A stretch of 24,000 nucleotides of DNA from Ignavibacteria bacterium (GTDB taxonomy: Bacteria > Bacteroidota > Ignavibacteria > Tepidaquicellales > Tepidaquicellaceae): contig JBGAGG010000004.1 of the NCBI GenBank assembly GCA_044226845.1, positions 254,732 through 278,731 of the forward strand, given 5' to 3'. Under the pieces are notes generated by a model. It did not search any database and was not told the DNA's origin. It saw only the letters and a program-made list of their open reading frames with translations. Shown piece by piece: positions 1 to 7,958 of the stretch; the first letter of the stretch is position 1; the number at the start of each line of letters is the position of its first letter. A program made the position numbers and the translations under genes.

Positions 1-533
1 ACAACATCCTCCAGATTAGAGCCGTCAATATTACATCTCATAATTTTTTTCATACCAACACCGTTATCTGCAAAATACAATTTTCCTCCGTAAAGATCAT
101 ATGCAACATAACCGGGTGATACAAGACCTGTCGAAACAATATCTGTTATTCCCGTCCCTGTAAGCGTAGACCTTTGGATTTTTTTCGTAGAGTTATCTGC
201 CCAGAACATTCTGTTGTTATTGCCGTCTATTGCAATTCCTCTTGGTCCTGCAATGCCGTCGGCAGAAGAAAGTATAGGTGTAACAACCAAAGAACCAAGA
301 TCGATTTTTTTAATTGTTGATGCTGCAAAATCCGTCCAGTATAATTCATTAGCATCCATGTCGGTTGCAAGAGCATAACCTGATGCTATACCGGTAAGAA
401 TATCGGTTGTAATCCCTGAACCGTCTATATTATGCTCTTGTAGTTTTCCGGAAGAGCCGTCTGTCCAGTATATTTTTTGCGCAAATGTTTCCGAGAAAAT
501 AAAAAGTAAAAGTACTATAAAATATTTTTTCAT
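1..533 (-). CDS. Secreted YWTD (LDL-receptor class B) repeat beta-propeller protein; N-terminal part only, the gene continues past the left edge
   Basis: Absent from the ORF track because there is no stop codon in the window. ATG is at 533-531 on the minus strand. My translation: MKKYFIVLLLFIFSETFAQKIYWTDGSSGKL...ELYWTDFAASTIKKIDL...RMFWADNSTKKIQRSTL...KLYFADNGVGMKKIMRCNIDGSNLEDV. This is a Sec-type signal peptide followed by four repeats of about 43 aa with a YWTD, FWAD or YFAD core. Confidence 0.75.
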   Translation of the reverse strand, partial: MKKYFIVLLLFIFSETFAQKIYWTDGSSGKLQEHNIDGSGITTDILTGIASGYALATDMDANELYWTDFAASTIKKIDLGSLVVTPILSSADGIAGPRGIAIDGNNNRMFWADNSTKKIQRSTLTGTGITDIVSTGLVSPGYVAYDLYGGKLYFADNGVGMKKIMRCNIDGSNLEDV

Positions 534-580
534 GACACAAAATTTTCTTTTAAAAAAGATCATTAAAATTTTATTGCAAA

Positions 581-1309
581 TTAGTTTTGTAAAGGGAAAA
601 TCCCAAACATAGCAATAGAGAAGTTAATCGCCAGGCAAGGCTGTATATTAGAATGCGGCTGGTTTCCCCCTGACATCCCCATTGAGGATGTATTAAGAAT
701 TCCGTTCGATGATGATGCATATGAATCTATACCATCAGCATTTTGTGAAACATAATTATTAGAAGGACTTAAAAAAGAACCTGATGTAGTGCTTGCATTT
801 ATTGAATGATTATGCGCCGGTATCTGATTTGTTGTTAATGTAACTGCTTCAGTTCCTCCTGACTGCCCCATGAAATAAGAACTTAAACCTGGACCCTGCC
901 CCTGATGAACCGGCACTCTGCTTCTTAAATCCGGAAGAGCAAAATTTGTTTCTCCATTTCCGCCGAATGTAGTGCCAATAAGCTGGAATAAAGCCTCGTT
1001 ATCGAGAATTGGTATTATCTGACCGTTACATAATAGCCAACCTGAAGGAGCATAATTAAAACTTGCCATCATTATATTTCCTATAAATGGCTGAGAACCG
1101 CCGCTTGGAATATAATCTTTAATTATTTCGCCGTTACGCTTCACATAAATAAAGCCTGTTTTAGATTTAACATCTGCAAATAGGTTTCCCGGATTAGCAG
1201 CTAATCCTAATGCAAAGATTGAACCGATTGATTTCATCATAAAATTTCTTCTGCCGGAATCCTTTTGAAAATTTTTTTCAGTTTTATTATTCTTTTTGAA
1301 GAAGTTCAT
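581..1309 (-). CDS. Phage tail collar domain (MdpB/COG4675-like) protein with a Tat-like leader; paralog 3 of 3
   Basis: 242-aa ORF. Collar-domain pattern: PFIGNIMMASFNYAPSGWLLCNGQ...LFQLIGTTFGGNGETNFALPDLRSRVPVHQGQGPGLS...IPAHNHS...GGNQPHSNIQPCLAINFSIAMFGIFP. The N-terminus has GRRNFMMKS followed by the hydrophobic stretch IGSIFALGLAA. Confidence 0.8.
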   Translation of the reverse strand: MNFFKKNNKTEKNFQKDSGRRNFMMKSIGSIFALGLAANPGNLFADVKSKTGFIYVKRNGEIIKDYIPSGGSQPFIGNIMMASFNYAPSGWLLCNGQIIPILDNEALFQLIGTTFGGNGETNFALPDLRSRVPVHQGQGPGLSSYFMGQSGGTEAVTLTTNQIPAHNHSINASTTSGSFLSPSNNYVSQNADGIDSYASSSNGILNTSSMGMSGGNQPHSNIQPCLAINFSIAMFGIFPLQN

Positions 1310-1332
1310 AGTTTTAAAATTTAATTTTTATT

Positions 1333-2058
1333 TTAACTTTGTGAAGGAAATATTCCCTGCAGAGCAATACAATAATTTAAAGTAAGATAAGGCTGTATAT
1401 TTGTATGAGCCTGATTTCCTCCTGTATTTGTTACAGTTGAGGGATTTAAAGTAGTATTACTTGAACCTGCATATGATTTCACACCCTCGCCATATGCTGC
1501 AAAATAATTATTAGCGGGGTCAGATTGTGGACCCACACTTGAACTTCCGCTTAAACTATGATTATGTGCAGGAAGCTGAGATGTTAAAAGTGTTACAGTT
1601 TCAGTTCCGGTTACCTCTCCAATTGTATAATTGGAAAGTCCGGCTCCTTGTCCGTAACAAAGCGGTGCACGCCCCCGCAAATCAGGCAGAGCAAAATTTT
1701 GAACACCATTACCACCGTAAAAAGTGCCAAGAAGCGCAAACAACCCATTATTTTGTGCAATAGATAAAATCTGCCCATTGCACTGCGCCCAATTCCTTGG
1801 AGCAAAGCTAAATGGAAAAATTCCTATCTCACCTAAATATGGAGAATCTCCTGCAGAAGGCTTATAGTTATTAATAACTTCTCCATTTTGCTTTATATAT
1901 AAAAACCCGGTTTTTGACTTTATAGCAAATAATTCTTCAGCTTTGCTGAGGACTGCAACTCCAAAAAGTGCTGCCATTGATTTCATGATAAAATTTCTTC
2001 TATCCTTTGTTTTACTTTTTAAAGGATCCAGTATATATTTATTATTCAAAAGACTCAT
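1333..2058 (-). CDS. Phage tail collar domain (MdpB/COG4675-like) protein with a Tat-like leader; paralog 2 of 3
   Basis: 241-aa ORF. Contains PYLGEIGIFPFSFAPRNWAQCNGQ...FALPDLRGRAPL...LPAHNHS...GGNQAHTNIQPYLTLNYCIALQGIFP. The leader is DRRNFIMKSMAALFGVAVLS. Confidence 0.8.
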   Translation of the reverse strand: MSLLNNKYILDPLKSKTKDRRNFIMKSMAALFGVAVLSKAEELFAIKSKTGFLYIKQNGEVINNYKPSAGDSPYLGEIGIFPFSFAPRNWAQCNGQILSIAQNNGLFALLGTFYGGNGVQNFALPDLRGRAPLCYGQGAGLSNYTIGEVTGTETVTLLTSQLPAHNHSLSGSSSVGPQSDPANNYFAAYGEGVKSYAGSSNTTLNPSTVTNTGGNQAHTNIQPYLTLNYCIALQGIFPSQS

Positions 2059-2092
2059 ATTATTTTTTTAAAATTATAAATGATTTACTTTT

Positions 2093-2821
2093 TTAAGGAC
2101 GGGAAGGAAATAATCCCTGTGTTGCAATGCAAAAGTTTATAGAAAGTACAGGCTGAATATTATTATGTGCATTACCGGAGCCTGTATCACCAACAGCAGA
2201 GCTGTTTAATAATAAATTGGGGGTATCTGCGTATGCTCCTATACCCTCTGCATTTTGCGCCGGATAAGAATTTGAAGGATTCGGCGTAGTTCCTATACCC
2301 GAGTTAATACCAATAGAATGCGTATGAGAAGGAATTTCTGAGCTCTGCAAAATTATGCTTTCATCCCCGGTCGTCTCTCCGATAATATAATTTGAAAGAC
2401 CTGACCCCTGTCCCATATGAACAGGAATTCTTCCACGAAAATCCGGAAGCGCAAATGTTGTAGTGCCGTTTCCACCATAATAATTGCTAAGAAGAGAGAA
2501 CAATGCCGTATTTCCGTTAATGTTAAGTATCTGCCCATTGCATTTAGCCCAGCCTATTGGTGCAAAGCTGAAACCAAAAATATTTATCTGACCTATATAA
2601 GGCTCGGAGTCCCCCATAGGCTGATAATCATTAATCACTTCACCATTTTGCTTTACATATATATATCCGGTTTTTGATTCCATAGAAAATAAATCTTCGG
2701 CATTTGAAAGAACTGCAGCACCGAATAAAACGGCAAGAGAATTCCGTATAAAGCTTCGCCTTGCTTCATTCTCTTTTTTGTAGAGAGGATTTAGAAGAAT
2801 TTTTTTCTTAAAAAGATTCAT
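2093..2821 (-). CDS. Phage tail collar domain (MdpB/COG4675-like) protein with a Tat-like leader; paralog 1 of 3 (first gene of the cluster)
   Basis: 242-aa ORF. Contains PYIGQINIFGFSFAPIGWAKCNGQ...FALPDFRGRIPVHMGQGSGLS...IPSHTHS...NAHNNIQPVLSINFCIATQGLFP. The leader is ARRSFIRNSLAVLFGAAVLS. Confidence 0.8.
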   Translation of the reverse strand: MNLFKKKILLNPLYKKENEARRSFIRNSLAVLFGAAVLSNAEDLFSMESKTGYIYVKQNGEVINDYQPMGDSEPYIGQINIFGFSFAPIGWAKCNGQILNINGNTALFSLLSNYYGGNGTTTFALPDFRGRIPVHMGQGSGLSNYIIGETTGDESIILQSSEIPSHTHSIGINSGIGTTPNPSNSYPAQNAEGIGAYADTPNLLLNSSAVGDTGSGNAHNNIQPVLSINFCIATQGLFPSRP

Positions 2822-3225
2822 CGGGTAATTTTTAAATTTGGTAAAATATTAACGATAAGAAAATTTGGATATTCTTAGGGAGTTATTTAGCTAACATGCT
2901 AAATTTTCTTTCGTGTTACTGTTGTTAATTTGGGATAAACGGAGTAACGAAAGCTATAGGGGGAAAAATATGTATGTGCTGATGAGAATTTATAAAAAGT
3001 TTTTGAAATAAAAAACACGATATTTAATATTAATAATTTTTATTTTTAAATTTTTAATTTTTAATTTTGCAGAAAGGTTAAAAAATATTTTAAAAGTAAG
3101 ATGTAATTATAAAAGCTTTAATATACTTACAAAGTAAAATCGCAGAAATTATATTTTTAAATGAGTGATAATGTTAATTTTTTTTTGTTAAATTTGTAAA
3201 ACCGTAGAAAGTAAAAATTTCAATC

Positions 3226-3918
3226 ATGAAAAAAATAGTTATCTCCCTGATAGTTATGTTCATTTCCCTTGGAAATATAAAGGCGCAAGGTCTTTATACT
3301 TTCGCAGATAAAACAACTACTATAGGAATAAGCGGCGGAGGTTATACTTTAAATAACAGCAGCAACTACGGACCCACCGGTGAAATTGTTTTATGTATCA
3401 ATGGTGCTTTCGATATAGGCGGAAGATTTGCTTACCGTCAGTTTTTCCCTGACCAGAATCCGGGACAAACAGGTTTCATGTCGGATAATAAATACTCTGC
3501 ATTTATAAACTGGTATATGGTAAAGTGCAACCTATCAAAAATTAAAATTATTTTTGCTATCGGAGCAGAGGGCTCCTATAATAAAGATAATTTAGTTACA
3601 AACGTAGAGGGCTTGAATGTTTATACTGCAAATGTAAACGGAACTTTCGGAATGAGATTTGACTTCGCAAAGAAGAAAATGTTCCTGCTGCCTAATATTG
3701 TTCTTGGTACAGAATTTTTCAGAAGATATACTACCGATGGTGTAAATGAAAGACAAGCTGCTTTCAATCAGACTATTTACGGAATTTCAAGAATAGGATT
3801 TGACTGGGGAATAACAATCGGACAGTCTTCATCTATTGTTGCTTCATTCAAAAGAAAAGACGAAGGAAGATTCGGTCTGGGATTTTCAGGTGATTTAAGA
3901 GTTGTGATGGGATTTTAA
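3226..3918 (+). CDS. Outer-membrane beta-barrel protein (small porin/OmpA-barrel-like), function unknown
   Basis: 230-aa ORF. Signal peptide MKKIVISLIVMFISLGNIKAQ, alternating Gly/aromatic-rich strands, and a C-terminal ...LRVVMGF with terminal Phe, as is typical of OMP barrels. Confidence 0.55.
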   Translation: MKKIVISLIVMFISLGNIKAQGLYTFADKTTTIGISGGGYTLNNSSNYGPTGEIVLCINGAFDIGGRFAYRQFFPDQNPGQTGFMSDNKYSAFINWYMVKCNLSKIKIIFAIGAEGSYNKDNLVTNVEGLNVYTANVNGTFGMRFDFAKKKMFLLPNIVLGTEFFRRYTTDGVNERQAAFNQTIYGISRIGFDWGITIGQSSSIVASFKRKDEGRFGLGFSGDLRVVMGF

Positions 3919-3947
3919 AACACGCAAATAAATTTTATATGTAACAC

Positions 3948-3980
3948 AAAAGGGAGCTTATGGTTCCCTTTTTGTTTTAT
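3948..3980. terminator. Bidirectional rho-independent terminator between convergent genes
   Basis: The arm aaaaggga(gc) at 3948-3957 pairs with (gg)tccctttt at 3962-3972. It is followed by tttgtttt on the plus strand, and by ttttgtgtt on the minus strand. Confidence 0.6.
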
Positions 3981-3991
3981 AAAAATTGTTA

Positions 3992-4531
3992 CTAAACTGC
4001 CTGCATTTTTCTTATAAGTCTTATCTGTCCTCTGTGATTTATCTCATCTTCAAAAACGTGATACCAGTCGAAGTAATTATTTCCTTCTCCTCCAAATACC
4101 GGCGAAAATACTTTTGGCTTTAACAGCCAATCATCATCATATTTAGAGAATTCTTCAAGTGTTATATTTCGCTCTCTAGCTAATTCATCGAGATAATATT
4201 CTAATGGATTTCCTTTTATTTTTTCTCTTCCTAAATCCCCTAAATCCAGAGCAGGTTTAATCGGTTCTATTTCTTCTTCAGTCATTTCCCTGCCCTCAAA
4301 AGTATAAACCTGATACCACTTATCAACTGCGGCAATGTGCGCAAGCAGTGCGCCTATTGAATTTGATGTTTCACTGAACTGATAATCAAGCTGCTCGGTA
4401 GATAATCCTTTAACACTTTGAAGAGTTGTAACTCGCGCATAATTCATCATAATAATAAGATGACTCATAATTGGAGTAAAGCCGTCTAATGGTTGTATGA
4501 TGTAAGGATTTTCAATTATAACTTCTTTCAT
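3992..4531 (-). CDS. DinB-family (DinB_2-like four-helix-bundle metalloprotein) protein
   Basis: 179-aa ORF. Contains IGALLAHIAAVDKWY and a C-terminal FEDEINHRGQIRLIRK; the spaced His residues are typical of the DinB superfamily. Confidence 0.65.
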   Translation of the reverse strand: MKEVIIENPYIIQPLDGFTPIMSHLIIMMNYARVTTLQSVKGLSTEQLDYQFSETSNSIGALLAHIAAVDKWYQVYTFEGREMTEEEIEPIKPALDLGDLGREKIKGNPLEYYLDELARERNITLEEFSKYDDDWLLKPKVFSPVFGGEGNNYFDWYHVFEDEINHRGQIRLIRKMQAV

Positions 4532-4580
4532 AGGGAAAATTTCAAGAAATATAAATTAAATTAGATTTGTTTAACAGGTG

Positions 4581-4620
4581 AAAACAAAAAACCCGAAATC
4601 GTTTTCACAATTTCGGGTTT
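4581..4620 (-). terminator. Rho-independent terminator downstream of the sigma factor gene
   Basis: cccgaaat (4592-4599) pairs with atttcggg (4610-4617). On the minus strand the hairpin is followed by ttttttgtttt. Confidence 0.7.
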
Positions 4621-4644
4621 TCAATTTCGTATGAATAATTATTT

Positions 4645-5502
4645 TTACTGTCCTAAGTAAGCTTTAAGACCTTTGCTTCTTGAAGCCTGTCTTAATCTTC
4701 TTATCGCTTTTTCTTTTATCTGTCTTACTCTTTCTCTGGTGAGTTTGTATTTATCACCGATTTCTTCAAGTGTAAGCGGATTTTCTTTTTCAAGTCCGTA
4801 GTATAATTTCACAACTTCTTTTTCTCTCTGTGAAAGCGTATCTAAAGCTCTTTCAATTTCAATTCTTAAAGAGTCCTTCAGCAATTCAGTATCAGGCTGC
4901 TTTTCTTTCTTATCAGGCATTATATCGATAAGCTTTGTATCTTCGCCGTGAATAGATGGAGCATCCATTGAAACGTGACCGCCTGAGTTCTTCAGAGTTT
5001 CCTGTACTTCGTAAACTGACATATCGAGCTGCTCTGCAATTTCAAGAACGTTTGGCGCTCTTTCATTTGCCTGTTCAAGCTCGCTGATTGTTTTTGCAAT
5101 CTTGCTCTTCTGCTGAACGATGTTAAGCGGCAATCTTACAACTCGTGACTGTTCTGCCAGTGCCTGTAAAATTGACTGTCTTATCCACCATACTGCATAG
5201 GAGATAAATTTAAATCCTCTTGTTTCATCGAATTTCTTAGCTGCCTTAATAAGTCCGAGGTTACCTTCATTGATTAAATCATTCAATGATAAGCCCTGAT
5301 TCTGGTATTGTTTCGCTACTGATACTACGAACCTTAGATTCGCCTTTACAAGAAGATCGAGCGCTTTCTTATCACCTTTTTTTATTCTTTTTGCGCAGTC
5401 AATTTCCTGATCTACGGTTAAAGGTGTTGTTTTGCTGATTTCTTTTAAATAAATATCAGTGGATTGGTTTTCCCTGCTTGTATATTGTTTGCCTAATTTC
5501 AT
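4645..5502 (-). CDS. rpoD: RNA polymerase sigma-70 family factor; short primary-type sigma (Bacteroidota-style sigma A lacking region 1.1)
   Basis: 285-aa ORF. Region 2: [57 protein letters not shown]. Region 4.2: [29 protein letters not shown]. Confidence 0.85.
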   Translation of the reverse strand: MKLGKQYTSRENQSTDIYLKEISKTTPLTVDQEIDCAKRIKKGDKKALDLLVKANLRFVVSVAKQYQNQGLSLNDLINEGNLGLIKAAKKFDETRGFKFISYAVWWIRQSILQALAEQSRVVRLPLNIVQQKSKIAKTISELEQANERAPNVLEIAEQLDMSVYEVQETLKNSGGHVSMDAPSIHGEDTKLIDIMPDKKEKQPDTELLKDSLRIEIERALDTLSQREKEVVKLYYGLEKENPLTLEEIGDKYKLTRERVRQIKEKAIRRLRQASRSKGLKAYLGQ

Positions 5503-5531
5503 TTAAATTAAATTGGCTTTTAAAATTACTC

Positions 5532-5966
5532 TTACTGAAAATTACTATTGCTAAAAATTAATTGTGGTGTATTATACTGCTGTATTATATGTGGTCGTAC
5601 AATTTTTATTCCATATTTCTCTGCATATTCACTCTTCATATTTGTAAACGAAACAATCGGAAGTTTAGTTTCGATTAGAATCGCCGTTACACATGCTTCT
5701 CTGTAGTTTACATTATCTTTCAGAAGCTTCCCGATAGTGTGAGAGTACTTATAAGGTATTCCCAGAACTCCCGAACCGAAGAAAGACTGCTTTGCATTTT
5801 CTTCCTGTTCTTTTGTTTCGCACTTTGCAAAAACTTCCGAAGCATTAATGACTGAAGTATAGCAGTCAAATAAGCTTAAACATTTTAAAAGAACTGAATC
5901 TTCATTACCTTGAAGATGTTTCAGATAAACATCGGTATCAAGAAAAACTTCGAATTCACTTTTCAT
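5532..5966 (-). CDS. Hypothetical protein, PIN-like fold suspected (degenerate acidic residues)
   Basis: 144-aa ORF. The N-terminal strand VFLDTDVYLKHL and the later INASEVF resemble PIN/VapC motifs. The C-terminal region LPIVSFTNMKSEY lacks the usual T-x-D acidic residues. Its ATG overlaps the stop of the upstream ORF (ATGA at 5963-5966). Confidence 0.4.
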   Translation of the reverse strand: MKSEFEVFLDTDVYLKHLQGNEDSVLLKCLSLFDCYTSVINASEVFAKCETKEQEENAKQSFFGSGVLGIPYKYSHTIGKLLKDNVNYREACVTAILIETKLPIVSFTNMKSEYAEKYGIKIVRPHIIQQYNTPQLIFSNSNFQ

Positions 5967-6280
5967 TCTACTTCCTGATCTTTTTTAAAAGCGCCGAAAG
6001 AATTTAGCAATAAAAAAGTAGAATTTTCATCCAGATTTAATTTCTTTGATAAAAATTCTACTTGTGAACTCTTGTTATCAGCAATTTCTAATTTGCTTTG
6101 AGAATTATTTTGTTTCTTCACAGAAAGAACGATCAGCTCAACATCTTCATCATCACCTTTGTTATCATCATTTGAATCTTTTTGTATCTCATCATAACAT
6201 CCGGCTAATTCTTCTTTATTAAAAAGAAGTTCACCTTTGCTGTTCAGCTTTGCTCTGACTCTATTAAGCTTCTGTGCCAA
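5963..6280 (-). CDS. Hypothetical acidic, low-complexity protein; possible partner of the PIN-like protein
   Basis: 105-aa ORF with no internal Met. The only plausible start is TTG at 6280-6278, inside the last 17 nt of rplW. It has a basic N-terminus, an acidic centre (DSNDDNKGDDEDVE), and is coupled by ATGA to the next gene. Coding status is uncertain. Confidence 0.35.
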   Translation of the reverse strand: MAQKLNRVRAKLNSKGELLFNKEELAGCYDEIQKDSNDDNKGDDEDVELIVLSVKKQNNSQSKLEIADNKSSQVEFLSKKLNLDENSTFLLLNSFGAFKKDQEVE

Positions 6281-6560
6281 AGAAGTCTATTTTATCTTCT
6301 TTATGCAGAGTAACGAATGCTTTTTTCTTATCAGAACGGAATCCTTCAAATCTTCCTTTTTTAGTGAACTGAGATTTAGCTTTACCCTTCGCAACAGAAG
6401 TAGTAACGCCTGTAACTCTCACTTTGAATCTTTTTTCAACAGCATTTGCGATTTCGATTTTATTCGAATCTTTGGAAACTTCAAATACATATTTGTTAAG
6501 ATTCTCAGAAAGTGAAGTATTTTTTTCTGTGATTAACGGTTTTATTAAAATTGATTTCAT
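6264..6560 (-). CDS. rplW: 50S ribosomal protein L23
   Basis: 98-aa ORF, MKSILIKPLITEKNT...YVFEVSKDSNKIEIANAVEKRFKV...KKAFVTL. It sits in the canonical position after rplD. Confidence 0.93.
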   Translation of the reverse strand: MKSILIKPLITEKNTSLSENLNKYVFEVSKDSNKIEIANAVEKRFKVRVTGVTTSVAKGKAKSQFTKKGRFEGFRSDKKKAFVTLHKEDKIDFFGTEA

Positions 6561-6589
6561 ATCTTAAACTTAAAATGTGTTCCTAAATT

Positions 6590-7216
6590 TTATGACAAAC
6601 TTTTGCACAAAGAATCTACTGCTGATTTTTGCATAACAATCATTTTGTTGTCAAGCAATTCATACGTTGCAGCTAAGTCAGAAATAACAATATTGCACTT
6701 AGGCATATTTCTTCCTGATTTATAAACGTTATCATTTTTTCCGCCGAGAAGTATCAATGTCTTTGTAGTATCGAGCTTCAGAGCTTTGAGAATATTGTTC
6801 AGTTGTGATGTTTTCGGTGCGTCAAAAGAAAAATCCTCAACAATCATTATCTGATTTTCTTTTGCCTTCATGCTAAGCGCGCTTTTTCTTGCAAGTCTTG
6901 CTGCCTTCTTTGGAAGGGAAAGCTTGTAGGTATGCGGTTTAGGGCCGTGGATGTTACCGCCGCCCGGCATCAAAGGAGAACGGTTTGTTCCTCTTCTTGC
7001 GCCGCCTGTACCTTTTTGTCTGAACGGTTTTTTACCGCCGCCGCGTACTTCTGCTCTTTGCTTTGTCTTTGCAGTTCCTTGTCTCTGGTTAGAGAGATAA
7101 GTTCTTACTGCCATATAAATCAAATGCTGATTTGGCTCGACTTCAAAAATGTCTGAAGGTAATGTTACTTTCTCGCTTGATTGAGAACCGTCGAGTTTAT
7201 ATACGTTAAGTTCCAT
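6590..7216 (-). CDS. rplD: 50S ribosomal protein L4
   Basis: 208-aa ORF containing RGGGKKPFRQKGTGGARRGTNRSPLMPGGGNIHGPKP. Confidence 0.95.
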   Translation of the reverse strand: MELNVYKLDGSQSSEKVTLPSDIFEVEPNQHLIYMAVRTYLSNQRQGTAKTKQRAEVRGGGKKPFRQKGTGGARRGTNRSPLMPGGGNIHGPKPHTYKLSLPKKAARLARKSALSMKAKENQIMIVEDFSFDAPKTSQLNNILKALKLDTTKTLILLGGKNDNVYKSGRNMPKCNIVISDLAATYELLDNKMIVMQKSAVDSLCKSLS

Positions 7217-7250
7217 AATTTTTATAAATGATTGCTATTGCGTGATAAAA

Positions 7251-7868
7251 TTATTTGTAGATTTCAACAAATCCGGATTTTGTACCGGGAACAGCTCCTT
7301 TAACTAAGATAAGATTAGAGTCTGCAAAAATTTTAATAACTTTTAAATTTCTTACAGTAATCCTGTCTCCGCCTGTTCTTCCTGCCATTCTTTGTCCTTT
7401 AAAAACTCTTGAAGGATAAGATGATGCGCCGATGGAACCCGGGGCTCTTTGTCTATCTGACTGACCGTGTGTTCTTTGACCGCCTGAGAAGCCGTGTCTT
7501 TTCATAACACCCTGAAAACCTTTACCTTTTGAAGTGCCTGTTACTTTTACAGTATCGCCTTCGTTGAATATATTAACTTTGACCTGTTCACCTGCTTTTA
7601 CATCTGCAAGCGAGAAGTCTCTGATTTCTTTTGTAAATCTTAATGCAGGAATGTTTAATTTCTTGAACTTTCCTTGCATAGGTTTATTAACAGTCTTTTC
7701 TCTTCTTTCACCAAAACCCAACTGTACTGATTCGTAGCCGTCTGTTTCTTTTGTTTTTATCTGTGTAACGTAACAAGGACCAGCTTCGATGACTGTAACC
7801 GGAACAGCATTACCATTTTCCTGGTAATAAGTAGTCATTCCGATTTTTTTTCCTAAAATTCCTATCAT
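7251..7868 (-). CDS. rplC: 50S ribosomal protein L3
   Basis: 205-aa ORF containing MIGILGKKIGMT...GTSKGKGFQGVMKRHGFSGG...THG. Confidence 0.95.
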   Translation of the reverse strand: MIGILGKKIGMTTYYQENGNAVPVTVIEAGPCYVTQIKTKETDGYESVQLGFGERREKTVNKPMQGKFKKLNIPALRFTKEIRDFSLADVKAGEQVKVNIFNEGDTVKVTGTSKGKGFQGVMKRHGFSGGQRTHGQSDRQRAPGSIGASSYPSRVFKGQRMAGRTGGDRITVRNLKVIKIFADSNLILVKGAVPGTKSGFVEIYK

Positions 7869-7958
7869 TGGTATTATATTTAATACTTGGTAGTATCCTT
7901 AATTTGAAAATAATTGGCAGAGCGCTTTTTTAACTAATAAAAGCAAAAATAAAAAAGC

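Noticed and set aside
1527-2677. ORF-track entries 1527-1763(+), 1611-1805(-), 2353-2538(-) and 2417-2677(+) inside the tail-collar genes
   Set aside because: They lie entirely within much longer ORFs that have clear family motifs. Their translations are low-complexity or unrecognisable, so they are most likely shadow frames.
2970-3011. 13-codon mini-ORF ATGTATGTGCTGATGAGAATTTATAAAAAGTTTTTGAAATAA, preceded by aggggg
   Set aside because: It resembles a leader peptide with a Shine-Dalgarno sequence. However, it is tiny, lies in AT-rich DNA where such ORFs arise by chance, sits 215 nt from the next plus-strand gene, and most genes here lack Shine-Dalgarno sequences.
3189-3196. TAAATTTG, which matches the Bacteroidota -7 promoter consensus TAnnTTTG, 30 nt upstream of the OMP gene ATG
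   Set aside because: There is no convincing -33 TTTG at the expected spacing. The 8-mer is expected by chance in this AT-rich spacer, and it is unknown whether this organism uses that promoter type.
6237-6515. 92-aa ORF on the plus strand
   Set aside because: It is antisense to rplW and to the 5' end of the 105-aa ORF. Its Phe/Ser-rich translation is typical of the reverse frame of a Lys/Glu-rich gene.
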